A stretch of 64,000 bases of DNA, from assembly GCA_951406725.2 (NCBI GenBank), contig OX597836.1, positions 7,006,001-7,070,000 of the forward strand, in the 5' to 3' direction. The notes beneath the pieces were generated by a model. It did no database searches and was not told the origin of the DNA. It worked only from the letters and a program-made list of their open reading frames with translations. The DNA is from Octopus vulgaris. Taxonomy: Eukaryota. A program made the position numbers and the translations under genes. Of the stretch, positions 1-12,916 are shown piece after piece. Position 1 is the stretch's first letter, and every line of letters begins with the position of its first letter.

Positions 1-208
1 TGTATGTATGTATGTATGTATGTATGTATGTGTGTATGTATGCATGTTTGTATGTATGTATGTTTGTATGTATGTATGTTTGTATGTATGTATGTATGTA
101 TGCATCTGTGTATGTGCGTATGCGTATATATTTGTATAAATATATACATATATATAGAGAGAGAGACACACATACACATATGCATAAATGCATATATGTA
201 TATATACA

Positions 209-239
<31 letters not shown>

Positions 240-339
240 GTTTATACACATAAATACATATACCTATATATGAGTGTGTATACATATAAAAGTGTGTACG
301 GATGTATATGTACACACACACAAACACACATACATACAC

Positions 340-385
<46 letters not shown>

Positions 386-525
386 TAATAGATGTACATA
401 AACATATATATAAATATATATATATATATGTATATATAAATGTATATCTATGCAGATATATATGTATATATATGTATATACATATGTGTATATATGTGTG
501 TGTGTGTATAATATATATGTATATA
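1..525. repeat. Compound (TATG)n/(TA)n/(CA)n microsatellite, representative of dozens of similar tracts across the window
   Basis: Simple repeats read directly; they explain the [12 protein letters not shown] pseudo-ORFs. Confidence 0.97.
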
Positions 526-895
526 TCTTGGAGGAGGGAAAACTGTTGTCTTTTTTGTCTCTTGCTGTTTTATGCTTTTTTTTGTTGATTTTTTTGGTGG
601 ATTTTTGGTTTTGAGCTGTTTTTGTTTCTTTCTTTTCTTTGCGTCCATTTCTTCTTCTGAAAGCTCTTCCCACCCACCGCCGCCCCCACCCCCACCCCCA
701 CATACCCGCCACCCCCGTCCTCTACCTTCAGAATCTCGGTTCTATGAAGCGTCTAAAACGTACATAACCCTGAACTATCAAAAACTCTAAAAGCCATGTG
801 CCAACTCAATAATTAACGTGTTGTTTGGAACCATTTAATACAACCCTCTCCACCCACGACCAATACCCACCAAAAAAATGGTCTTTTCTCTTCTC

Positions 896-930
<35 letters not shown>

Positions 931-1931
931 GCTTCTGTGTCAGGCAGTATAAAATCTATTGGAGCGTGGAATTATTCCTCTGCTGCAGCAAGAAAAACGA
1001 AGAACACAAAGAATTTATATGCGAAAGGATAAAAAAAATAAATAAATAAACAAAACAGTAATAAATAAAGACAAACAACAAAAGCGAAAAAGATATATAA
1101 TCTCTGAATTTATTTACTTTATTGCTGTGTGTGTGTGTGTGTGTGTGTGTGTGCTCGCAGGAATTGTGCAAGAGTCCGTTGGATGTTATATGCATATGCA
1201 TAATATATATGCATATATATATACATGTATATACATATATATATACGCGCGCAATATATGTATAAATATAGAGAAAGCGAAAGAAATAGATAGATAGATG
1301 CATATGTAATACATACATACATAATACATACATACATACATACATACATACAAACATACATACATATATAAATATATATATATATGTGTGTGTGTATATA
1401 TATATAAACATACAAATATTGTATATATGTATGTGTGTGTACATACATGCATTTATATACATAAGTATCTAAATATATATATACATATATATACATACAT
1501 GCATATATATATATGTATGTATGCATGTATATATATATATATATATATATAGGTCTATATGCATATAGATCCGCATCTATAGATATATATACGCATTTAT
1601 ATATATATATATATTCATCTGTGTGTGTGTGAGTATGCATACATAAATACAGGCACGCATACATAAATACATACTTACATGCATATATATCGATGGGTGG
1701 AATTCAGAAATGGCAGAGCATCAGAGAAATATATCATTTTGTTGTTGTTATTTAACTGTAGTCTTGCCCTGATTCCACAGAAATATGATCAAAAGCATTT
1801 CGGCTTTGACCAACCTATCAATTTTTTCAGGCTAATATACCCTGGATAATACTCTTTAACATGTACTTTCCTGACATGAAGTACGTAATTTGAGGTAGTT
1901 CTCACTTTTATTTTGTTGCAGATAAAGAACA

Positions 1932-1976
1932 ACTGCAGATATATGTTTCGGTGTAACTGGTCTCGTCAGTGCAGTA
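1932..1976 (-). ncRNA. Type I hammerhead ribozyme-like motif with degenerate stem II
   Basis: Minus strand ACTGCA-CTGACGA-gaccagttacacc-GAAA-catata-TC-TGCAGT; perfect 6-bp stem I and intact core. Confidence 0.6.
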
Positions 1977-2340
1977 GAGTCCATCCGAATTTACAGATCA
2001 ATTCACAAAATACATTTATAGATAAAAAAAATATGCAGCTGAATATTTGTCCTTTCCTTAAGCATGCAAATTAACTCAGAAATTTTATATCAATTGTTTG
2101 AAGCTGTCTCCCCTTATAAACGTTCCTAATAATTTATCGCTAGGGTTTTTGTTCTTATGTTTCCAATGTAGCGGGAATTCTCAATAAATTAAGAATTTCT
2201 AGGTTCATTGTCACTGGCTTTTTGAATTGTTTACTCTTATTTCTCTTAATTTTTTATTATATAAATTAATCTTACCCCCAAAATATACTTAACATTTTCT
2301 ATATATAAACTTCATTTACTGCAGATTTGGTTTAAGTTCA

Positions 2341-2395
2341 CTGCTCTGACGAGTTCATATAGTCCGAAACTTATGTCCATAGCTGTCCTTGCATG
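2341..2395 (+). ncRNA. Degenerate hammerhead-like motif
   Basis: gct-CTGACGA-gttcatatagtcc-GAAA-cttatg-TC-catagc; core present, stems eroded. Confidence 0.35.
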
Positions 2396-2514
2396 TGGAA
2401 AAAGATCTCGCTCTCATTTTGTCTATGCATATAAACTCAATTGAAGAATTCCATCCTAAAAATTCTAAACTTCCACATAACCCAGTTCAGGCACATGAAA
2501 AATACCATAGGAAT

Positions 2515-3045
2515 ATTGAAACACTACCATAACAACCCTCTCTCTCCCAGTCAGTTCAGGCATTCCTACATTTCACCAAGCTGCTTCATCCGCTAAACAC
2601 TACTTTAACCCCCTCCAGTCCCGATGTATTTACAACACCCTGCAACACAGATACAATATCCCTGTAGCACCATCCTTCCAATACCGTCTCTCTGTCTCCC
2701 GCACAGTCCAGATACACAACACTACCACTGCACTATATTATAAACACTATCTCAGCCCTCAATATGGAGACATTTACAACAATGCGCAATATCGTGCAAC
2801 ACTTCTACAACACTTTGAACAGCGCTACAACAACGTCGTTCGAACAACACCTACAATACCTCAGAAGACAATTGTAACATCCAAATGAGGATGTCACTCT
2901 TATTCAATCCAGACACAATCATAACACCCACTCCCACAATGCTAACACATCACCAACCTAACAACACTGTCTTCCCCGCTTGGTCTAGACACATGTACAA
3001 CGCCTCATAACACAACTACAATGCCTCCCACCACCACCACCACTA
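2515..3045. repeat. Degenerate C/A-rich tandem repeat (continues at 4292-4606 and 6698-6730)
   Basis: Recurring acaacactac and cagtc(c/t)agacac motifs on both sides of the inserted TEs. Confidence 0.6.
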
Positions 3046-3261
3046 AAATTGATGTCAAATTTTGACACATGACTAGCAAATTCATAGGATGGGGACAAGT
3101 GGATTATATCGACCCAAGTGCGTAACTGGTACTTAATTTATCGACCCCGAAACGATGAAAGCAAAGTCGACCTCAGCGGAATTTGAACTCGGAACGTAAA
3201 GGCGAACGAAATGCCGCTATGCATTTTGCCCGGCGTGCTAACGACTCAGCCAGCTCGCCGC
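3046..3261 (-). mobile_element. tRNA-derived SINE, here called family A
   Basis: Reverse complement reads ggcgagctgg...gagttcaaattccgc (B-box-like)...gtcgactttgctttcatcgtttcggggtcgata; many copies in the window. Confidence 0.85.
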
Positions 3262-3262
3262 T

Positions 3263-3467
<205 letters not shown>

Positions 3468-3649
3468 TTATTTCTATGTTGCTCATAGGTGGCTAAACAT
3501 AGAGGGGGCAAACAAGGACAGATAAGGGGATTAAGTCGATTACATCGACCCCAGTGATAAACTGGTACCTATTTAATCGACCCCGAAAGGATGAAAGGCA
3601 AAGTCGACCTCGGAGGAATTTGAACTCTGAACGTTACGGCAGACGAAAT
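3468..3649 (-). mobile_element. SINE family A body+tail unit lacking the 5' head
   Basis: Matches the units at 10418-10653 and 34850-35030. Confidence 0.8.
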
Positions 3650-3662
3650 AATAATAATAGTA

Positions 3663-4291
3663 ATGAGGGGTGCAGAAATGTTCCTGGTTTTGGGTAAAAA
3701 AAAATAGAGAAGGATCAGTTAATTATGATTTTATCCAAGGTATTCCCCTCTAAGATAGCAGTGGTCCTTCAGGTTTTCCAAGTCATACTCTTTTACTCTT
3801 TTACCTGTTTCAGTCATTTGACTGCGGCCATGTTCGAGCACCGCCTTTAGTCGAGCAAATCGACCCCGGGACTTATTCTTTGTAAGCCCAGTACTTATTC
3901 TATCGGTCTCTTTTGCCGAACCGCTAAGTGACGGGGACGTAAACACACCAGCATCGGTTGTCAAGCAATGCTAGGGGGACAAACACAGACACACAAACAC
4001 ACACACACATACATATATATATATTTACATATATACGACAGGCTTCTTTCAGTTTCTGTCTACCAAATCCACTCACAAGGCATTGGTCGGCCCGAGACTA
4101 TAGCAGAATACACTTGCCCAAGATGCCACGCAGTGGGACTGAACCCGGAACCATGTGATTGGTTAGCAAGCTACTTACCTCACAGTCACTCCTGCGCTCG
4201 TTAAAGAACTCGAAAGTTTGGGCCTCCAGCAGGGCCTTTTGAGCTACTTTTAAAGCCAAGAACTTTTTCAGCACCACCCCCACCCCTTGTA
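3663..4291. mobile_element. Mariner-type non-autonomous element (MITE) interrupted by a SINE
   Basis: Imperfect TIRs gaggggtgcagaaatgttcctgg / ccaagaactttttcagcacc...cttgta, ending in TA. Confidence 0.55.
3788..4197 (-). mobile_element. tRNA-derived SINE with internal microsatellite, family B, full length
   Basis: Close match to the reverse complement of 50855-51270 and 24455-24858. Confidence 0.88.
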
Positions 4292-5269
4292 CATCTGTAA
4301 AAGCTCACAACACTACGGCAACGCCATCCTAGTAGCACTACGTCTCCCACTCGCCCACACACTTTTGTAACACCCACCCCTCAACACTACTACAATACCA
4401 TCCTAACAACACTATTTTATCGCTCAGTACAGACACATCTATAACACCATAACACCCTGTAACACTACTACAACACCATCGTACCAACACACACACATAC
4501 TCTCTCTCTCTCCCGCTCTCCCATACATACACATCGACAACACCCCACAACACTACGGCAACATCATCCTAACAACGCTATCTTTTCCACTCAGTCTAGA
4601 CACAGCTATTAGATTGGTGCAAAATAATTGTTTTTTGTTATTTTAACCTTTGAGGTTTATTTTGGAATAAACGTTCGTGTAATATACTATTTTGAATCTC
4701 TTTAGATTTCGATCTATTGAATAATGCTGGTGGTTTCGCTTGCACAGTTAATTCCTGTTTATTTTAGGCTGTCAAATTAAAAAATGGAAAAAAGCAAATT
4801 CGGACGAATTTATTGTCAAGGAACGTACAGCTTCAAATATTTGCTTCCAGAAATTTCGTAATGCAGACGATATCTTTTAAGATATCGTCTGCTTTACGAT
4901 ATCTTTTAAGATGTCGTCTGCTTTACGATGTCTTTTAAGATGAGGAAGTTTGCGAGTTATCACCTTCTAAGATTTACCACGACTAATGGGGGGTCGTTAC
5001 TAAAGCTTACCCGTGCAAAATAATTGGAAGGGTTGCAGGAGAACTAAACGTTGAACAATTAAATGTTGTTTGATATTTGCATTTGATTGGACAATCAAAA
5101 AAGGCTTGACAAACGGGTACTGCACTAGCTGAATGGAAATTAGAATTAAAAGATTCATCTCACGAAATCTATTCTGCACTTCATTTGGGCCCCAAAAACA
5201 AAAGAGAATATTAATTTCTTGATAGTATTGCGGCAAGTGATGAAAAATTGATCCTATAACATCTGACTG

Positions 5270-5661
5270 TAAGATGGGACGATTTGGCGCAGCTGTTTGG
5301 GCGTTGGTGATTTGGCGCGGCTGACTGGTCATTCGCCTCGTTTTCACCACAGAATTTTTCGGAACCAACTGCACATATACACACGTGCACATGCACATGT
5401 AGAAATATACACATACTTACAGTGAAAAGAAAGAGAGAGAGAGAGAGAGAAAAAGAAAGAGACAGTCAAACAGACAGACAGGTATGTAGAGATGGAGGGA
5501 GAGGGAAGACAGAGAGACATTATAATTTATTAATTGAACCTGATTAACATAAATACTTTCCCTCTCCATATAAAAATAAAGCAAAATATACTCACGCTCA
5601 GAGAAGGAGAGAAAGATTCAGAGAGAGAGAGAGAGAGAGAAAGAGAAAAAGAGTTAAAAAG

Positions 5662-5700
<39 letters not shown>

Positions 5701-5841
5701 AAGGGTAGTAGAGTGAGATACATTAAAATGAGAGGAACACCGAAACGTCTGATGTCAAAAAAATCAACGTTGAATCAGTGACACCAGATACGCAACGCCA
5801 AAAGACAGCGCCAAAAGACAGCGCCCAAACAACTCATACTC
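5270..5841. mobile_element. Putative non-autonomous DNA transposon inserted in the mariner ORF
   Basis: Inverted subterminal repeats (tttggcgc/tttgggcg at left, gcgccaaaa/gcgcccaaa at right); mariner frame stops at about 5260 and resumes at about 5845. Confidence 0.55.
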
Positions 5842-6162
5842 GCTGAGTAGGATCCGTGCAGTGATTGGACTGAGACGAAGCATCAAAATAGAATCTCTTT
5901 AAAATAGTGTCTGCATCAAAAGAAGACTGGTTGTTGTTTGGTGACCCGCCATTGGACTCATCGCCTGCTTTCTCTTGAACCCTGGCGAGACAACTTACAG
6001 CAGAGATGTACTTTCTGGGAAACTGCCAAATACGCCAAGAACTGAAACGTTTACGAGCAACACTGGTCAGTCGGGAATGGCCATTTCTTCTCTATGACAA
6101 CACTTGACCAAGACTTGCAAATGGCGTCAGAAACTGAAAGAACTGAGAGTTCCAAAACTTTC

Positions 6163-6379
6163 TTTTCTACTCTAGACACAAGGCCCGACATTTTGGGAGA
6201 GGGGGCAGTCGATTATATCGACCCCAGTGCGTAACTGGTACTTATTTAATCGACCCCGAAACGATGAAAGTCAAAGTCGACCTCGGCGGAATTTGAACTC
6301 AGAACGTAGCGGCAGACGAAATACCGCTAAGCATTTCGCCCGGCGTGCTTAACGATTCTGCCAGCTCGCCACCTTTATG
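6163..6379 (-). mobile_element. SINE family A with target-site duplication (TSD)
   Basis: 11-bp direct repeat ccaaaactttc at 6152-6162 and 6380-6390. Confidence 0.9.
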
Positions 6380-6734
6380 CCAAAACTTTCCGCCACTCTA
6401 CCCACTCCTCAGACTTCTCTTCGACCAATCACCAATTTTTCGGTCATTCCAATAACTTCCTACAAGCAAAGGTCTTCATCAAACTTACAGCAGTTCAAAC
6501 GGTAACAACAGCTAATGGTTCCTGGACCTTAGAAATTCTAGACAAACGGGATAGATTTTTCCAGCCGACGAATTAGTTTCTAATGGCTTTTACAGTCAAT
6601 TAACTAAATTGGTATTAATAACCATTTATTATGCATTGATATCGATTTAAAGTTGATATTTAAAAGCCACCACAACTATTTTGGCACCAACCTGGTACAA
6701 CACCCCCAAAACACTAATCACTAACATCGTTGCT

Positions 6735-7240
6735 GCGCCGTACAAGATATTAAGCAGCATTTCGTCTAACTTTACGCTCTGGGTTCCAATGCCATCGGTG
6801 TCGACTTTGCCTTTCATCCCGTCGGGGTCGAAAAATAAGTAGCAGTCGTTTACCGGAGTCGATGTGGAGGCACATGGCCTAGTGGTTAGAGCAGCGGACT
6901 CACGGTCGAGGTATCGCGGGTTCGAATCTCAGACCGGGCGATGTGTATGTTTATGAGCGAAACACCTAAGCTCCACGCGGCTCCGGCAGAAGGTAATGGC
7001 GAAACTTCTGCTGACTCTTTCGCCACAACTTTCTCTCACTCTTTCCTCCTGCATCTTGCTGCTCACCTACGACGGACCGGCATCCCGTCCAGGTGGGGAA
7101 CCTATACGCCAAGGAAACCGGGAAAACGGCCCTTATGAGCCATGTGTGGCTCGAGAAGGAACAAACAACAACCGGAGTCGATGTAATCGATAAACCATTT
7201 CCCCTGAAATCGCTGGCCTTGTGCCAACATTTGAAACCAA
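6735..7240 (+). mobile_element. Older SINE family A copy split by a family C SINE
   Basis: Body at 6760-6865 resumes at 7185 (aatcgataaacc...ggccttgtgcc). Confidence 0.75.
6866..7170 (+). mobile_element. tRNA-derived SINE family C, tail type 1
   Basis: A box tggcctagtgg, B box ggttcgaatct, (ACA)n tail; 14-bp TSD accggagtcgatgt at 6852-6865 and 7171-7184. Confidence 0.92.
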
Positions 7241-7399
7241 TACAGCAACAAAGTGATAGTATGTTGTCAACTTAATGTGACGGTCCCATGAAAGGGAAGA
7301 ATGCTACTGTTATTTAGCCCAAGGAAACACTGTTTCCTGTTGGACTTTCAAAGTGAAGGTAAGCACCTCCACCCAGCAAAGCCAGCACCCAGAGACGGA

Positions 7400-7910
7400 A
7401 AAAAAACTGTCCCGGAATAAATATAGAGAATCCGCTTGTTGTTGAATAAGTAGACAAATACCAGAACAAGGAATACTGGTGGAACATTCCCATCAAAACA
7501 TTTGTCAAGTGAACGCATAACAGGCCTGATATTGTTGCTTTTGGATAGGCAAGAAAACATATGTACCGTCATAAAGGTCAGCTGTCCTGCTGATGTGAAT
7601 GTCTCTTTGAAAGAAGATTACTATGGACAACTACTTCGAAAGTTCCAGCTTCTATATTCAGATTACAAATTTACATTTATACTAATGATAATTGCAGTTG
7701 GTTTTGTAAGTAAACGCTTAACTGTCAATCTGGATTTTCTGAAAGAGAATCAACTAAATAGTTTGCACATTACAAATACAACCTGTAAGTGGAAGAGTAA
7801 AACTATGCAAGACTTTCCTCAAGTTTAAAATATGACATTGCTTTCGTTATCTACATTCCAAAGATGGCGCTTTGTATAGTTGTTAGAAACCAGCTCGTTC
7901 TTCACAGAAA
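7400..7910 (+). mobile_element. 3' fragment of an RLE-type non-LTR retrotransposon (R4/Dong/NeSL-like)
   Basis: RPDI...CTVIKVSCPADVNV...YYGQLLR...FIL, resembling a PD-(D/E)xK RLE domain; 3' end shared with 35500-35790. Confidence 0.7.
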
Positions 7911-7945
7911 GAATCTAAAGGGTTAAATACAAATGTATATTGAAG

Positions 7946-8169
7946 TATAGAGTGTTCATAAATTATCTTAACAACTTGCACAATTTATTGTAACAACTAG
8001 TCACAATTTATTGTAAACCAACGGGAACCACGAGGAAGTGTTCTGATGTTTCTAATAGAACTTTATTTGTTCATCAAGATCTTCCAATAAACTCCGCTGA
8101 GATAACGTTATTTGCATTATTTTTTGATAAATTTTTCAAATTGTAAAGGAAATTTCTGGACACCCGGTA
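7946..8169. mobile_element. Tc1/mariner-type MITE
   Basis: TA-tagagtgttcataaatt ... aatttctggacacccgg-TA imperfect TIRs. Confidence 0.5.
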
Positions 8170-8525
8170 CAACCATCAATTTCTCTATCCACCTATCTAC
8201 TGTATTATCTTAGTCATTAGGTTTATCGATCTACCTTCTTATCTAACAGCTCTCTCTCTATTACTCCCATCTAACTATCTGCATATCTATCTGTCATTTT
8301 GCCTTTATTTCTATCAATCTGTTTACTTTCCCACTTATCAATTTGTATCTATTTACCGATTCATATATTTATCTAACATTATTTATATTTATCTATCTAT
8401 TTATCTCGCTCTCTGTCTATGTATCAATCGATCGATTTACCTCTCGATCTGTGTCTCTGGAACTGTTTCCATTTTTCTTACTGTTGTTGCTGCTGTGGCT
8501 CATGTTCTTGTTACTGCTATCGCTG

Positions 8526-8585
<60 letters not shown>

Positions 8586-8658
8586 ACCTATCTATCTATC
8601 TATCTAGCTAGCTATCTATCTGCCTATCTATCTGCCTATCTATCTATCTGCCTATCTC

Positions 8659-8714
<56 letters not shown>

Positions 8715-9832
8715 CCTATCTATCTAGCTGCCTATCTATCTATCTGTCTATTTATCTATCCATCCATCATTCCATCTATTTATCTGTCTATCCATCCATC
8801 CATCCATCTATCTATCCATCTAGCCATCTCCATTTATCCCTCCGTCCATCTTGAAACTCCCTATCCACCCCACCCCCACCCCCACTCCCCTCTGTAAATC
8901 CCCTCATCCATTCCTTCCGTACAAACACTTCTGCCATTACTTCCGATGTGATTCCTGCAATACTTCCGGTCTGACCAAACTCTTCGTTTCACTCGGTAAT
9001 AGAAACTGAGTGACCCGGATGTGAAGTGGCCAGAATGACTGGTTTAACAATCTGGTCAGTTATTGGTGACACACGCATACACACACACACACACACACAG
9101 GCACACACGCACACGTACGCTTAAATATATACACATAAATATATACACACGCGCGTGCACAAAACACACGCACGCACAAACGCATACAAACATGTACACA
9201 AACACATATTCATTCATGCTCACACAGACACACACACACCCATACATACACACAAAGATGTATATACATATGTATATATATATACATACACAGAAAGTGA
9301 CACACATATACAGACACACACACATACATAAAAATACATACACAGACATATACACACATACACATGGATACTCATACACACTCATACACATACACACACA
9401 CACATACCCGCACACACGCGTATATTCACACACCTTTAGACAAACACATACAATACGCACACATATATACATACATGCATCCACATGCACACACAGATAC
9501 ACGCAACAAACCACCACAAACACACACACATATATATGTACATATATTCACACTTATACTCTAGACACACATACACACACACACTATATAACTGAACTGA
9601 TACACGCACACATACATACATACATATATACACATATATATGCATACATACATGCATACACACATACACACATGAATATATACGTATATAAATACACAGA
9701 CATACATACATACATACATACATACATACATACAGTCGTACATACGTGCGTATGTACATATATACATGCATACATAGGTACATACGTTTGTACGTACGTA
9801 CATACATACATGCATCAGTTCTTAAGGTTTGA

Positions 9833-10068
9833 TACTTATTTCTTTATTGCCCTCAAAGGGGCTAAACATAGAGGGGACAAACAAGGACAGACAAACGGAT
9901 TAAGTCGATTACATCGACCCCAGTGCGTAACTGGTACTTAATTTATCGACCCCGAAAGAATGAAAGGTAAAGTCGACCTCGGCGGAATTTGAACTCAGAA
10001 CGTAAAAGCAGACGAAATACAGCGACGCATTTCGCCCGGCATGCTAACGTTTCTGCCAGCTCACCACT
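9833..10068 (-). mobile_element. SINE family A
   Basis: High similarity to the other family A copies. Confidence 0.88.
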
Positions 10069-10417
10069 TTATTCTCTCGATGTCTTTGGCCGTTGGATGG
10101 CCGTTGACCTACATGTGTTCCTATTCCCTTTGAAAGGTTTTGTTCTTTATCCTACAAGATGTCCAATAATCACCCTGCACACCAAACAAGCTTTGTGGGG
10201 TTACCGGTTCAGTAGCCGACGACCCGACCATGCAACGGTTTGTACTGGGTTACATGTTACCAACAGCACTCAGAAGTGACCTGACCTTGGAACAATAGTA
10301 GCTAAGAAACGATTTTTTACCACACTCGTTAAAACCCTGGCTCTTCCAAACCAGGGTCCCAATACCTGAAACAGGTTAGTAATACCGACAACAGAAATAA
10401 TCATAAAACCATATATA

Positions 10418-10910
10418 TACCTATTTCTTTACTACCCACAAGGGGCTAAACACAGAGGGGACAAACAAGGACAGACAAACGGATTAAGTCTATTATATCG
10501 ACCCCAGTGCGTAACTGGTACTTATTTAATCGACCCCGAAAGGATGAAAGGCAAAGTCGATCTTGCGGAATTTGAACTCAGAACGTAGCGGCAGATGAAA
10601 TGCCGCAAAGCATTTCGCCCGGCGTGCTAACATTTCTGCCAGCTCGCCGCCTTATCTATACCATTAACCATTATACCTATTTCTTTACTACCCACAAGGG
10701 GCTAAACGCAGAGAGGACAAACAAGGACAGACAAACGGATTAAGTCAATTACATCGACCCCAGTGCGTAACTGGTACTTATTTAATCGACCCCGAAAGGA
10801 GGAAAGGCAAAGTCGACCTCGGCGGAATTTGAACTCAGAACGTAGCGGCAGACGAAATACCGCAAAGCATTTCGCCCGGCGTGCTAACGTTTCTGCCAGC
10901 TCGCCGCCTT
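10418..10910 (-). mobile_element. Two tandem full-length SINE family A copies
   Basis: Units at 10418-10653 and 10673-10910, each followed by atctata(c/t)cattaaccattat. Confidence 0.9.
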
Positions 10911-11589
10911 ATCTATATCATTAACCATTATACCATTAACCATTGGTGATTTTCACAGTATACAAATTACTACTGAAACACGGCTACCATTTGTGCAGCT
11001 GTCGCCATAGTTTGGTGCATTGTTTCTCGTGGGATTAGATCGTAAGACTGTTTCCTTAGCAACTGGTGACAGCAGCTCGTGCTATTCTCTCATGACACTT
11101 TCAAACATCTGTCTGTACGTCTTAGTGTCAAAGGATCTATGAAAGATCGACAATAAAAAAGAGAAACACTGGCAGTTTCAACAAAGATTTTACAGCGAAA
11201 GCGTTTCGTTATAAACAAAAGGTTTAATGCATTCTTATATAAGTATGTGTTTATGGCGTGGGGGTGTATGTGTATGCTTATATGCGTGTGTACCTAGGTG
11301 TGTACATATGTGTGTGTGTGTGAGTGGGTGTGCACTGAGTATGTGAGTGTATGCGTTTAGATATATGTGGCCGATTGTGTGGGTGTATCTGCTTGTATAC
11401 ATGCACACATGTATGTGTGTATATGCTTGCGTGTGCGTGTGCAATATATGTCGACATATATAATATACATACACATGCATATATACGAATATATATATAT
11501 ATATGTCTATATGTATGTATGAATGTTTGTATGTATGTATGTATGTATGCATGTATGTATGTATGTATGTATGCATGTATGTATGTATG

Positions 11590-11650
<61 letters not shown>

Positions 11651-12206
11651 ATACTTTCGATAGCATATATACACGCATATATATAGAGACACACGTGCAT
11701 AAAATACACACACGTACACACACATGCACACACACATACACACACAAGCACACATATATATACGACAACATATATAAACACACATACATAAGTTTAACAT
11801 GTACACACACACACACACACACTCACTCACTCACACACACACACACACACACACAAGCAGCCAGACTGAACTTACGACGTTTTATTGATGTCGTGACATT
11901 AGTGTGAAGTCAGTTCTCTTGGCCATTGTTTCATCCACCTACCTACCCAGTTAAATGTACCCGCTTTACTAGTTCTAAATGGGTCAAGTCAGCACATTGC
12001 TCCAGCAGCAGCGTGCACCAATTGTCTCTGGGTCTTTGTCCATTTACGACAGGGTGACGACACCTGTAGACGTTGGGGGTGGACAAACAATCACAAAAAT
12101 AGTTATACCTGGAATATATATATCTATATATATATGTGTGTGGGGGGGGTGAGTGAGTGTGTGTGTGTGTGTATGTATATATGTACATAATATATATATG
12201 TATGTA

Positions 12207-12573
12207 GAGGCGCAATGGCCCATTTGTTTGGGCTGCGGATTCGTAGTTGTGGGTGGGGATCGTGGTTTCGATTTCCAGACAGGGCGATGTGATTGTTTAT
12301 TGAGCGAAAACACCTAAAGCTCCACGACCTCCGGCAAGGGTGTGTAGGTGTGTGTGGGTGTGTGTGTGTGTGTGTGCCGAATCCTGCTGTATTCTTTCAC
12401 CACAACTTTCTTTCACTCTTTCTTCCTGTTTCAAAGGGGCCAACCTTGTCACACTCTGAGTCACGCTGAATCTCCCCGAGAACTACTTTAAAGGTGCACG
12501 TTAATTTCACGAGTAGGCTTTTCCGTTGATCAGATCAACTAGGAGCCTCGTCGCCGTAACCGACGGAGTGCCA
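12207..12573 (+). mobile_element. SINE family C, tail type 2
   Basis: Head as in 6866; tail (cacgctgaatctccccgagaactac...accgacggagtgcca) as in 50189-50340 (-). Confidence 0.85.
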
Positions 12574-12585
12574 AAGATATATATG

Positions 12586-12786
12586 TGACCGCGTGTCTAT
12601 CGTTGGCGATTTTCTTTCTCCGTCTTCCCTTCCTTGGATTTCTTTTTTTTTATGTTTCTGACGAAGAGCTCCGCTCGAAACGTTAAACCCTCCTTCTTTC
12701 CATCTTTCCTGACCGTCCTATAACACTATACTTGTTCCACGTCCTCACGTTGTTGTGTTTTCTCTTTGTTCATGTTTGGAGTAACT
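12586..12786 (+). mobile_element. Penelope-like terminal repeat containing a minimal hammerhead (12654-12688)
   Basis: gttt-CTGACGA-a-gagc-tcc-gctc-GAAA-cg-TT-aaac; same unit at 21205-21408 (-), 59655-59862 and partly 63643-63712. Confidence 0.7.
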
Positions 12787-12875
12787 ATACATATATATAT
12801 ATATATATATATATATGGAGAGAGAGAGAGAGAAAGAGAGAGGGGGGAGGGGGAGGGAGAGTGAGAGAGATAGAC

Positions 12876-12916
<41 letters not shown>

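Larger units (their letters stand above)
4607..6697 (+). mobile_element. Full-length decayed mariner (Hsmar1/cecropia-like) carrying nested insertions
   Basis: TA-ttagattggtgcaaaataattg ... caactattttggcaccaacctgg-TA TIRs; remnants MEK.QIR, LDKRVLH (WVPHEL), FLDSIAASDEKLIL (TCDEKW), LLYDNT (HDNA), HSSDFSSTNH (YSPDLSPTDY). Confidence 0.85.

Noticed and set aside
572-790. Proline-rich ORF (HPPPPPPPPPH)
   Set aside because: Arises from a C-rich tract; no recognisable domain or convincing splice context
1891-1900. tgaggtagt let-7 seed match
   Set aside because: Rest of let-7 is absent and it lies in a repeat fragment
6866-6940. tRNA-like sequences in SINE heads
   Set aside because: They continue into SINE bodies with tails and TSDs and give no intact cloverleaf, so they are not tRNA genes
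11943-12050. Possible minus-strand exon ending at a GTAGGT donor
   Set aside because: No recognisable protein similarity, no clear acceptor and no partner exons
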